From assembly GCA_016222905.1 (NCBI GenBank), contig JACRPZ010000005.1:142-64141 (forward strand): a stretch of DNA of 64,000 nucleotides, read 5' to 3'. The notes beneath the pieces are model-generated. The model was not told where the DNA came from. It searched no databases and saw only the letters and a program-made list of their open reading frames with translations. A program made the translations under genes and the position numbers. Of the stretch, positions 18,380-27,108 are shown one piece after another (within the stretch, counting starts at the first letter, position 1; every line of letters starts with the position of its first letter). This DNA is from Nitrospirota bacterium (GTDB lineage: Bacteria; Nitrospirota; Thermodesulfovibrionia; UBA6902).

Positions 18380-19677
18380 AGAAATTATATTACCGTGTAT
18401 TCATATTAATATTGATCACGCTTCTGCTGCCTCTTTTCGCAATGGCTGAGGATGTGAAGGTTTTGACTTTGCAGGATGCTCTTGATATAGCTGCTGACAA
18501 GAACCGTGATATTCAAAAGGCGAGAGAGTACGTCCGCTGGGTTCAGGGGAAATATGTGGAAGAAAGATCTGCTGCATTACCGCAGTTTAGTGTGAACGGC
18601 TCAGCTCTCCTCAGTCAGGACGAGACAGGGATTTATACTGACAGGCAGACGATGTATTCCGGTGAGGTTGGTGTTACCCAGACACTCTTTGCCTGGGGCA
18701 AATTAGGCGCTGCAATAAGGGCTGCGAAAGAGGGGCTCAAGAGCGCGGAAGAGCAGTTAAGACTGTACCGCCAGGCAGCATACAGGGACGTCTCTATTGC
18801 CTTCTACAATGTGCTCCTCGCAAGGGAACTGGATGCTATCGCACGCCAGAACCTTGAGCAGAAAGAACGGCATCTTGAAGAAGCGCACCGTAAATACACT
18901 GCCGGAGTCGCAACGGAATATGAGATATTGGCTGCTGAGGTGGCTGTTCAAAATGCAAAACCTGAGGTCATCCGTTCGGAGAACCGGATACGTGAGGCGC
19001 TTGACAGCCTTCGTTTTCTGCTTGCCTTAGAGAACGGCAGTATCGATGTCACCGGCAGTCTAAAAGCAGAGGATGCCCCGGAGGTGCTCTCTTACGAAAA
19101 TATATATAAAACCGCACTTGAACAGCGGCCTGAAGTGAGAGACCTTCACTACCGTACCAGCATTGCAGGAGAACTCGTTACCATAGCAAATGCCGAAGAT
19201 AAACCACGCCTTGAATTCAGGGGCGGATACGGATGGAAAGATTTCGAGACAAGTGATACGTCCCTTGACGGCAAAGCATGGAACGCCGGGTTATTTCTCT
19301 CTTTCCCGTTCTTTGACGGAATGAAGACAAGGGGAAGAGTTTCCCAGGCTGAAAGCGATCTTCGCAGCATCAGGATAGATGAAGGTAAGCTTGCAGATTC
19401 CATTGCCCTGCAAGCGCGGGAGGCGATGAACGCTTTACAGGAGTCAAAGGAGATAGTTAATGCCCTCTCCGGAACAGGGACACAGGCTGAAAAATTACTA
19501 TTTCTTTCTGAAAAGGGTTATGAGTTGGGAGTTAAGATCAGGCTTGAAGTAGAGGACGCGGAACTGAAACTTCAGCAGGCAAGAGGAAATCTTTCGCAGG
19601 CATGGAGAGACTACCGCGCAGCCCGCGTTAACCTGTTGTGGGTTATGGGTGTACTTGGGGAGAGCGGGTATCAATGA
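18376..19677 (+). CDS. TolC family outer-membrane efflux protein
   Basis: Signal peptide, LTLQDALDIA, SFPFFDG, coiled-coil repeats. Confidence 0.92.
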   Translation: MKKLYYRVFILILITLLLPLFAMAEDVKVLTLQDALDIAADKNRDIQKAREYVRWVQGKYVEERSAALPQFSVNGSALLSQDETGIYTDRQTMYSGEVGVTQTLFAWGKLGAAIRAAKEGLKSAEEQLRLYRQAAYRDVSIAFYNVLLARELDAIARQNLEQKERHLEEAHRKYTAGVATEYEILAAEVAVQNAKPEVIRSENRIREALDSLRFLLALENGSIDVTGSLKAEDAPEVLSYENIYKTALEQRPEVRDLHYRTSIAGELVTIANAEDKPRLEFRGGYGWKDFETSDTSLDGKAWNAGLFLSFPFFDGMKTRGRVSQAESDLRSIRIDEGKLADSIALQAREAMNALQESKEIVNALSGTGTQAEKLLFLSEKGYELGVKIRLEVEDAELKLQQARGNLSQAWRDYRAARVNLLWVMGVLGESGYQ

Positions 19678-19763
19678 TGATGAATTTGCCAATCACCATT
19701 TGCAAACCCATCCTGAAAGTGTTAAGCTAATCTGACCAGACTGACTAAACTAAGGAGGCTGTT

Positions 19764-20015
19764 ATGACTACATGGCAGTTACAGGAGGCAAAGGCCCGGC
19801 TGAGTGAGGTTATTAAAAAGGCGGCGAAGGAAGGCCCGCAGAATATCACTGTTCACGGACAATCTGCCGCCGTTGTGATTTCAAGAGAGGAGTACGAACA
19901 GCTCAAACATCCGCTGGGGAGTTTCGTAGCATTCATGCGCCGCTCGCCGCTTTACGGTCTGAAACTTAACCTGAAGCGCAAACAAACGCTCACGCGCAAG
20001 TCTGAGGTCTCATGA
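19764..20015 (+). CDS. vapB: Phd/YefM family antitoxin
   Basis: WQLQEAKARLSEVI...GPQNITVHG; overlaps vapC (ATGA). Confidence 0.9.
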   Translation: MTTWQLQEAKARLSEVIKKAAKEGPQNITVHGQSAAVVISREEYEQLKHPLGSFVAFMRRSPLYGLKLNLKRKQTLTRKSEVS

Positions 20016-20422
20016 GTTATCTGCTTGATACCAATATTTTATCCGAGACAATCTGCCGCAACCCGAATAAGTCTGTGATCTCATGGCTCGAACAACTGTC
20101 CGGTGAGTCGCTCTTTGTGAGCGTTCTGACACTCGGTGAAATCCGCAAGGGCATTGATGCGCTTACTGACGGAAAGCGGCGTGAGAAGCTGCGCCTTTGG
20201 CTGGAGCACGAGCTTCCGGCATGGTTTGATGGGCGGGTGCTTCCGGTTGATATTGCCGTGGCCGACCGTTGGGGCAGGCTGCTTGCAAAGGTCGGTCGTC
20301 CAGTCCCCAGTATTGACAGTCTTCTTGCCGCGACTGCGCTGCATCATGAATTGCGGCTGGTTACGCGGAATGCGAAAGATTTTGATTATTCGGGACTTGA
20401 GGTAATCAACCCTTTCGGGTAA
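20012..20422 (+). CDS. vapC: VapC PIN-domain toxin
   Basis: YLLDTNILSE, DSLLAATA, TRNAKDF. Confidence 0.93.
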   Translation: MSYLLDTNILSETICRNPNKSVISWLEQLSGESLFVSVLTLGEIRKGIDALTDGKRREKLRLWLEHELPAWFDGRVLPVDIAVADRWGRLLAKVGRPVPSIDSLLAATALHHELRLVTRNAKDFDYSGLEVINPFG

Positions 20423-20638
20423 AGTGCTCCTTTCCCCGGCTTATTACACGCCGTCCTATTTCAAAAGTTGAGTTGATTTTTTTACTGCCGAGATAAAAAC
20501 AGTTATAGGCTTTCAGAAAGAATGGCTTAGTAGGTTTTTGTTTTAAAAGAAAATCTGATGTTTCACGACTTGACCCTCGAATTACCCATCCTTAACATTC
20601 TCATTTTGGGATTACAGATTAAAGACGTGACACCATTC

Positions 20639-20983
20639 TCACCATCCGCCGGATGCTTTCCCAGTTAACCGTTTGTCTTTGTCCATTGCACTTAAAAAAA
20701 GCGATAATGCCTTTTGAGCACCGCTGTCAGTTAGGAGTCCCTCTCCTCTGCTTGTCTGAACGCTTAGCTCCGTATAATCTCCTTTATGCGCAATACGTAG
20801 GATGACTTGGGCGGCGTCTGTAAGTAAGCCAACGTTAATCTTCCCTGCAATCGTTCCAGTTTCTCTTGATACGTCAGTGACCTTACCGAGTTTTTTTAAT
20901 ACGTCCTGACACGCCTGTGCTAAAACAACAGGATCGGTTTTATATTCTAACGTTTCCTTTGCGGTAGATTCATGGATAGCCAT
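20639..20983 (-). CDS. Hypothetical protein
   Basis: GGGGAAG RBS and clean ORF; no family recognised. Confidence 0.65.
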   Translation of the reverse strand: MAIHESTAKETLEYKTDPVVLAQACQDVLKKLGKVTDVSRETGTIAGKINVGLLTDAAQVILRIAHKGDYTELSVQTSRGEGLLTDSGAQKALSLFLSAMDKDKRLTGKASGGW

Positions 20984-21000
20984 AGTCTTCCCCTTTCAGT

Positions 21001-21582
21001 TTAGAAGTTGTTAGATATCGTTTTAAATTCCGATATTATGCTTTTAATATCACCTTTTAATTTTTGACGTTGCCAAGACATGGGATGCTTTGGCGTACCA
21101 TCTTTGTTTTTATTTATTTGTACCTCTGGTAAATGAGAAAGATAACTCCTTAAATTACTAATTCGCTTCTTTATGTCGTTGCCTACACCTGGCCGTGTTT
21201 CATAACTACCATATGCGAACAATTTCCCCTTAAACATGTTGAAATTTAGATGCTCATAAACTAATGTATCCCTATCTCTCTTGTCCCATGATTTAAAAAG
21301 GATCTCAGGCGATGTTGTCGCCAAATCAAACAAGTTAATTACAAAAGGATTAAAACCAGTCCCTTGAAATACCTCTCTCAAAATTCTTAATGTTGAATCT
21401 CTTTTTAAATTTCTACCATCATGACTTAAACTTCCTGGATTGAGCATAATTACGAGTATATAGTCAAAATTACTAGGATGCTTTTGTACGCACCAATGCC
21501 TATATTCTTCATGACTCTTCCATGATATTTTCCACTCATCTATATCATGGGTATAGACTCTACCGTCTAAAATTGTTTCCAT
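21001..21582 (-). CDS. DUF1643-like protein
   Basis: IMLNPGS, D.TLR, INLF..TTSP, NKDGTPKHP motifs; AT-rich. Confidence 0.7.
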   Translation of the reverse strand: METILDGRVYTHDIDEWKISWKSHEEYRHWCVQKHPSNFDYILVIMLNPGSLSHDGRNLKRDSTLRILREVFQGTGFNPFVINLFDLATTSPEILFKSWDKRDRDTLVYEHLNFNMFKGKLFAYGSYETRPGVGNDIKKRISNLRSYLSHLPEVQINKNKDGTPKHPMSWQRQKLKGDIKSIISEFKTISNNF

Positions 21583-21789
21583 AAATTATTCTGTACCATA
21601 ACAGTTTTTTTTATGCTTCTTCTATATTTTGTAAAAGTATAACTGCAATCAAGTAGACAATCAACACAAATTATAAAAAAACGCTCAACCGCACGATTCC
21701 ATAAAAAAAGAGGTTGCCACGAATGGCTAACCCCTTGCTTCTAAAATGAAGAAATGAATCAATAAATATCAAAAGCCTTTAAAAGATAA

Positions 21790-22167
21790 TTACATTGTTT
21801 GACCATCTTGTATTATTTCATCAAAAATGTCATCAATCCCATACAATTTTTCAATTATAACTTTATACAATTCAGTAAAGCTTTCAAGAGCTGCACTTTC
21901 TTTTAAACTTTCCGAAGAATAAGCAATAGAAATAGGAGGTGTCAATTTCCAATCAAGATCGTCCATGTTTACTAAATCTTTTACAGTTATGGGCAAATCT
22001 TTTTGAGGGTAAATAGAAAGAATTATGTGGTCATTGTCCTGTTTAAATATTCCCCATAATTGTTCATGCAGATAATTAAACAATATCACATCCTGTTTTT
22101 TTTGCACATTTGTAATTTTACTTGGATTATTTAACATCGTATTAACAACTTGCACAATTTTACTCAT
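21790..22167 (-). CDS. Hypothetical protein (AT-rich, tRNA-adjacent)
   Basis: AGGAGAGG RBS; clean ORF. Confidence 0.7.
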   Translation of the reverse strand: MSKIVQVVNTMLNNPSKITNVQKKQDVILFNYLHEQLWGIFKQDNDHIILSIYPQKDLPITVKDLVNMDDLDWKLTPPISIAYSSESLKESAALESFTELYKVIIEKLYGIDDIFDEIIQDGQTM

Positions 22168-22222
22168 GATTACCTCTCCTTGTTATTAGTTACAAGTCAA
22201 ATTATAACCCCTTGATTGTAGA

Positions 22223-22297
22223 TGGTGGGCGATGCTGGTTTCGAACCAGCGGCCTCTGCTGTGTGAGAGCAGCGCTCTCCCCCTGAGCTAATCGCCC
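22223..22297 (-). tRNA. tRNA-Val(CAC)
   Basis: GGGCGATTAGCTCAG...CTGCT-CTCACAC-AGCAG...GGTTCGAAACC..CGCCCACCA cloverleaf with encoded CCA. Confidence 0.95.
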
Positions 22298-22307
22298 GGT
22301 TATCTTC

Positions 22308-23282
22308 CTAAGCCTTCCATACAAGCTTATCAAGCATTTTCTTGTTCTCAAAGTACCAGTCAACCGTCTTTTTGACGCCGTCTTCAAGCGAAGTTATTGG
22401 CTTCCAGCCAAGTACCTTTTTAGACTTCTCGATATGCGCCCATGTCGCTCTGACATCGGCAATATGCATCTTGAGCCTCTTCACCTTCACCTTTTTCCCT
22501 AGGTGTTTTCCCAGAAGATCAATAACATAATTAAGCTTTACAGGGTGGTCGCCCCCCAGATTGAATATCTCATATCCCACAGGCTTCAATGCGCGGATAG
22601 TCCCATCTGCAATATCGTCAATGTACGTGAAGTCCCTTGTCTGGTTGCCGTCCCCAAAAACAGGAATGGCCTTTCCTGCATCAATGTTCTTGATGAACTT
22701 GAAGATGCTCATATCCGGTCTTCCTGCCGGCCCGTATACGGTGAAGTAACGCAGTACGCTTACATCAATTTTGTACAGGTAGTGATATGCATAGCACAAG
22801 ACCTCCGCGCCTTTTTTGGTTGCAGAGTACGGCGCAAGCGGGGTGTCCGTCCTTGATGTCTCTTCAAACGGCATATTCTCGGAAGCATAAAGACTTGAGG
22901 TGGACGCAAGGACAAACTTCTTCACCTTGTTCCGGACACAGCATTCAAGCAGATTCAGCGTCCCCTTTGTATTCGCGTCAAGATATACCCATGGGTCTTC
23001 TACTGATGCCCTAACTCCTGCTCTTGCGGCAAGGTTGATAACAGCGCTTATATTATTTTCCTGAAAGATATCTTTCAGTTTTTTGTAATTAGCGATATCA
23101 CATTTATAAAAAGTGAAGTCCGGATATTTTTTTAATATGCCGAGCCTCCAAATCTTGAGCTTGGGGTCATAATAGTCGTTCATATTGTCAACGCCTATTA
23201 CCCTGTTCTTCTTCTCAAGCAGTGCTTGAGAGACCTTCCACCCGATGAATCCCGCGCATCCTGTAACAAGTATTGTCTTCAT
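22308..23282 (-). CDS. NAD-dependent nucleotide-sugar epimerase (UDP-glucuronate 4-epimerase-like)
   Basis: TGCAGFIG, LAARAGVR, YSATKK, GRPDMS. Confidence 0.92.
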   Translation of the reverse strand: MKTILVTGCAGFIGWKVSQALLEKKNRVIGVDNMNDYYDPKLKIWRLGILKKYPDFTFYKCDIANYKKLKDIFQENNISAVINLAARAGVRASVEDPWVYLDANTKGTLNLLECCVRNKVKKFVLASTSSLYASENMPFEETSRTDTPLAPYSATKKGAEVLCYAYHYLYKIDVSVLRYFTVYGPAGRPDMSIFKFIKNIDAGKAIPVFGDGNQTRDFTYIDDIADGTIRALKPVGYEIFNLGGDHPVKLNYVIDLLGKHLGKKVKVKRLKMHIADVRATWAHIEKSKKVLGWKPITSLEDGVKKTVDWYFENKKMLDKLVWKA

Positions 23283-23387
23283 TTAATATTTAGCCTTAGA
23301 TTTGCTGTCTTTAAAAAAAGATATTTAATCATAATTGCTCTAAATTGTAATTTGTAATAATACAATAAAAAAGGGCTTAAAACAATA

Positions 23388-23426
23388 ACTTCTTATATGG
23401 ACTTTCTTATATGGACTTCTTATATA
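23388..23426. repeat. Three tandem 13-14 nt direct repeats
   Basis: ACTTCTTATATGG ACTTTCTTATATGG ACTTCTTATATA in the divergent intergenic region. Confidence 0.8.
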
Positions 23427-23544
23427 AAATTTATTAAAGCGCTGGTTCAACAATTAAGTGCAGAACCTGGGGCAGCAGTGCAGGAGTTTTTGTCATTCTA
23501 CTATTTGTTATAATTAAAAATAAAACCTTATCAAGGAGCTGCTT

Positions 23545-25182
23545 ATTCCGTCTGCTTACGGCAATACATCAGGACTTAAGAAGGGCGACCTGAAGGCTGT
23601 CGAGAGGATATACAGAAGGCGTATACCAAGAGAAAAGTTTCTCACCTCCGAGATGGCATGGTATTTAACAGAATGTTCTGTTGCTACAGGCAGGCAGATA
23701 GGCGTTCTGGCAGACCGCAATGGGGACATAGCATATGTAATAGTTGGGGATGCAAAGGGAATTTTGATACCCGAACTGACAGATTATCCTTTGGGAAGAA
23801 GGCCGCTCCGGGGGCTGAGGCTTATACACACGCACCTGAAGAACGAGAAGTTAAGTCAGGATGATATCACAGACCTGTCGCTTCTCAGGCTTGACGCCCT
23901 AATCGCCATAGGCATCAAAGACGATACTCCTACCAATATTTATATTGCGCGCCTTTCAGCCTCGGATTCACAAAATTATGAAATACAGGCTCCTGTCAAC
24001 TTTCAGAGGCTTGATGCATCACTGGAGGACTTTGATGTCATGGTCTCGCTGCTTGAAGAAGAGATGCAGTCGAGAAGAACAGGATTTGATGTTAAAGACG
24101 GGAGGGAGGCGGCTATACTTGTCAGTGTGTCAACAGGGTCTAAATATGATCAGGAAGATTCAATGGAGGAGCTGAAAGAACTGGCAAGTTCAAGCAACAT
24201 TAATGTGCTGGACACAGTTTTGCAGAGAGCAAAGCAGATAAATCCAAAATATCTTATTGGGGAAGGCAAAGTAAAAGAGCTTGTAATCAACGCGCTGAAC
24301 AAGGGCGCAACTCTGCTGATCTTTGATCAGGACCTTAACCCGTCACAAACTAACGCTATAAGCGACATAACAGAATTGAAGGTCATTGACCGTTCACAGC
24401 TTATCCTTGACATATTTGCAAGGCGAGCTCACAGCAGGGACGGCAAAGTCCAGGTCGAGCTTGCCCAACTGCGTTACAGGCTTCCAAGACTCACCGGAAA
24501 AGGCACCGCCATGTCCAGGCTGATGGGTGGGATCGGCGGGAGGGGACCAGGGGAGATGAAGCTTGAGGTAGACAGAAGAAGGGTCAGGGACAGGATAACC
24601 CTGCTTGAAAAACAGCTCGAATCTTTGAGCCTCGCAAGACAGCAGAGAAAGTCGCGCAGGGTCGAACAGGGACTGCCGATAGTATCCATCATTGGTTATA
24701 CCAATGCCGGGAAATCAACACTGCTCAACAACCTGACAAAGAGCGCCACCTTTGTTGAAGACAAGATGTTTGCAACGCTCGATACCGCAAGCAGACGTCT
24801 GAGGTTCCCCAAAGAAAGAGACGTAATAATCACTGATACGGTAGGGTTTATCCGCGACCTTCCCAAAGACCTTTTTACAGCTTTCAAGGCAACGCTTGAA
24901 GAGCTTGAGGATGCTGATCTGCTTTTGCACCTTGTAGACATATCAAATCCGAGATTTGAGCAGCATATAAAGTCAGTTGAAAATATCTTGTCCGAATTAG
25001 GCCTCCTGGAAAAACCTGTGCTTATGGTATTTAATAAAGAGGACCTTGTTGATAAAGAAGAAGTTAACTCTGTCGCTAACAGATTTGACGCAATTTCACT
25101 CTCGGCCTATAGGCAAGAGACCTTAAATAAACTACTCAATGCAATTGAAGCTAAACTCTGGCCATTAACGACCCATGAATGA
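23545..25182 (+). CDS. hflX: GTPase HflX (long form), probable ATT start
   Basis: GYTNAGKS, DTVGF, NKED; conserved N-terminal YGNTSGLK...ERIYRRR is in frame upstream of the ORF-track ATG; AAGGAG 6 nt before ATT at 23545. Confidence 0.9.
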   Translation: MPSAYGNTSGLKKGDLKAVERIYRRRIPREKFLTSEMAWYLTECSVATGRQIGVLADRNGDIAYVIVGDAKGILIPELTDYPLGRRPLRGLRLIHTHLKNEKLSQDDITDLSLLRLDALIAIGIKDDTPTNIYIARLSASDSQNYEIQAPVNFQRLDASLEDFDVMVSLLEEEMQSRRTGFDVKDGREAAILVSVSTGSKYDQEDSMEELKELASSSNINVLDTVLQRAKQINPKYLIGEGKVKELVINALNKGATLLIFDQDLNPSQTNAISDITELKVIDRSQLILDIFARRAHSRDGKVQVELAQLRYRLPRLTGKGTAMSRLMGGIGGRGPGEMKLEVDRRRVRDRITLLEKQLESLSLARQQRKSRRVEQGLPIVSIIGYTNAGKSTLLNNLTKSATFVEDKMFATLDTASRRLRFPKERDVIITDTVGFIRDLPKDLFTAFKATLEELEDADLLLHLVDISNPRFEQHIKSVENILSELGLLEKPVLMVFNKEDLVDKEEVNSVANRFDAISLSAYRQETLNKLLNAIEAKLWPLTTHE

Positions 25183-26095
25183 ACTGATTAAAAAACTGAG
25201 CGATTACATCGGCAGGGCCATAAAAGGCAAGGAGGAAGCAATAAAATATGCAGTTGTTACTCTTCTATCAAGGGGACATCTTCTTATAGAGGATGTCCCG
25301 GGTGTTGGCAAGACCACCCTTGCCTTTGCTCTTGCAAAGGCAATTGATTGTGATTTTCAGAGGATCCAGTCAACGTCCGATCTCCTTCCGAGTGATATGA
25401 TAGGGGTGAATATCTACAATCCTGAAACGAGAGAGTTTCAATTCAGGAAGGGTCCGCTATTTGCAAATATTGTTCTGGTAGATGAGATTAACAGGACAAG
25501 TCCTAAGACACAGTCAGCGCTCCTCGAGGCTATGAATGAGAGAAGGATTTCAGTAGATCGTAAGACATATATACTCCTTGAGCCGTTTATGGTGATAGCG
25601 ACACAGAATCCTGCAGAGTACCATGGCACATTCCCGCTTCCGGAGAGTCAGCTTGACAGGTTTATGATGCATATAAGGATAGGATATCCTTCTTATGATT
25701 TTGAGAAATTGGCGCTTTCGGAGATGATGGATTTTGATGATATTGATAGATTTGGATATGTACTTAAGAAAACCGATATTCTTAATATGCAGGATGAAGT
25801 TAGAAAAGTAAAAACGGATGGGGATATAATGGATTACATACTCAATATCGTCAACAGGACACGAAATCATGACAATATCAGGCTTGGGGTAAGCACAAGA
25901 GGGGCACAGTTTCTATTGAGGGCGGCTCAGTCTCTTGCCTATGTAAATGGAAGGGACTATGTTCTGCCTGATGATGTTAAAGAGCTCTCTCCTATGGTGC
26001 TCGGACACAGGATAGTGCTTAAAAGCAAGACATATATTTCGGATGCTGACAAGTTAATCAGGGATATGGTTGATGAGATAAGCATACCGCTGTAA
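25175..26095 (+). CDS. MoxR family AAA+ ATPase
   Basis: EDVPGVGKT, DEINR, ATQNP, PLPESQLDRF. Confidence 0.95.
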   Translation: MNELIKKLSDYIGRAIKGKEEAIKYAVVTLLSRGHLLIEDVPGVGKTTLAFALAKAIDCDFQRIQSTSDLLPSDMIGVNIYNPETREFQFRKGPLFANIVLVDEINRTSPKTQSALLEAMNERRISVDRKTYILLEPFMVIATQNPAEYHGTFPLPESQLDRFMMHIRIGYPSYDFEKLALSEMMDFDDIDRFGYVLKKTDILNMQDEVRKVKTDGDIMDYILNIVNRTRNHDNIRLGVSTRGAQFLLRAAQSLAYVNGRDYVLPDDVKELSPMVLGHRIVLKSKTYISDADKLIRDMVDEISIPL

Positions 26096-27108
26096 TGAAC
26101 AAAATCAGTCTCACAAAGGAAGGCAAACGATTTCTCATAGCAGTTGCCCTTATCGGATTTGCCTCTGTCAATACAGGCAATAACCTTATCTATCTTATCT
26201 TCTCCATGATGCTCTCGCTCCTGGTCATCTCTTTTGTAATAGCAGCGATTAATCTGAGGAAGATCGAATGTACAGCCGATTTTGAAGAACCTTTATATGC
26301 CAATACCCCGTTTGAGATAAAAATCGCTTTTCACAATAAAAAGATAATCCCGTCATACTCTATCGCCATCGTCTTTCCACTCGATATATCCCGGCAGTTA
26401 TATATACCTGTAATAAAAAAAGGGCGTAAGACGGAGAACTTTTATAACGTTTTAACAATGAAAAGAGGCAGATATTTTTTGGAGCATCTTAAGTTAAGGA
26501 CCGGCTTCCCCTTTGTATTTATGAATCTCTATAAAGACATGGATTACGGCAAGGAGTTGATAGTCTATCCCGAGATCATAGATGTTTCATCCCTTCTTAA
26601 GGATATTCCCTTGCAATCTTCAGAGAGAGAAGGAATGAGGATAAGCACGGGGGGAGATTTTCTATTGTCAAGGGAATATGTATATGGCGAAGAAAGCAAA
26701 AATATTGACTGGAAGGCAACGGCAAGGACACAAAAGACTATGGTGAAGGAGTTTTCAATGGGCGATAACTTGCTTTCTACCATAATTCTTGATAACAGCA
26801 GTGATGTCCATGATAGTGTCTTTGAGAAGGCGGTATCAATTACCGCCTCCCTCTGCTCAGTGTTTGTGGAGAGAGATTACTATGTCAGGCTTATAACCTG
26901 CGGCAAGGTTGTTCCATTTGGTAAGGGTAAGATGCATTTGTTCAAGATACTGGATATTTTGGCGGGCATCCAAACATTAAAAGTTACAGGATGTACTGTA
27001 GACGAATTAAAGGAAGGAATGAATATATTAATTTTGTCTTCTGAGAATCTCGTGTTTTCCGGGATTGCTTCTCAATGTTCAGGGATTATAGATGCCAGGT
27101 ACATATAA
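26095..27108 (+). CDS. DUF58 domain protein
   Basis: REYVYGE..IDWKATAR; standard moxR partner. Confidence 0.9.
   Translation: MNKISLTKEGKRFLIAVALIGFASVNTGNNLIYLIFSMMLSLLVISFVIAAINLRKIECTADFEEPLYANTPFEIKIAFHNKKIIPSYSIAIVFPLDISRQLYIPVIKKGRKTENFYNVLTMKRGRYFLEHLKLRTGFPFVFMNLYKDMDYGKELIVYPEIIDVSSLLKDIPLQSSEREGMRISTGGDFLLSREYVYGEESKNIDWKATARTQKTMVKEFSMGDNLLSTIILDNSSDVHDSVFEKAVSITASLCSVFVERDYYVRLITCGKVVPFGKGKMHLFKILDILAGIQTLKVTGCTVDELKEGMNILILSSENLVFSGIASQCSGIIDARYI

Noticed and set aside
23388-23426. Possible CRISPR array
   Set aside because: Units are contiguous with no spacers; no cas genes or CRISPR array seen in the window
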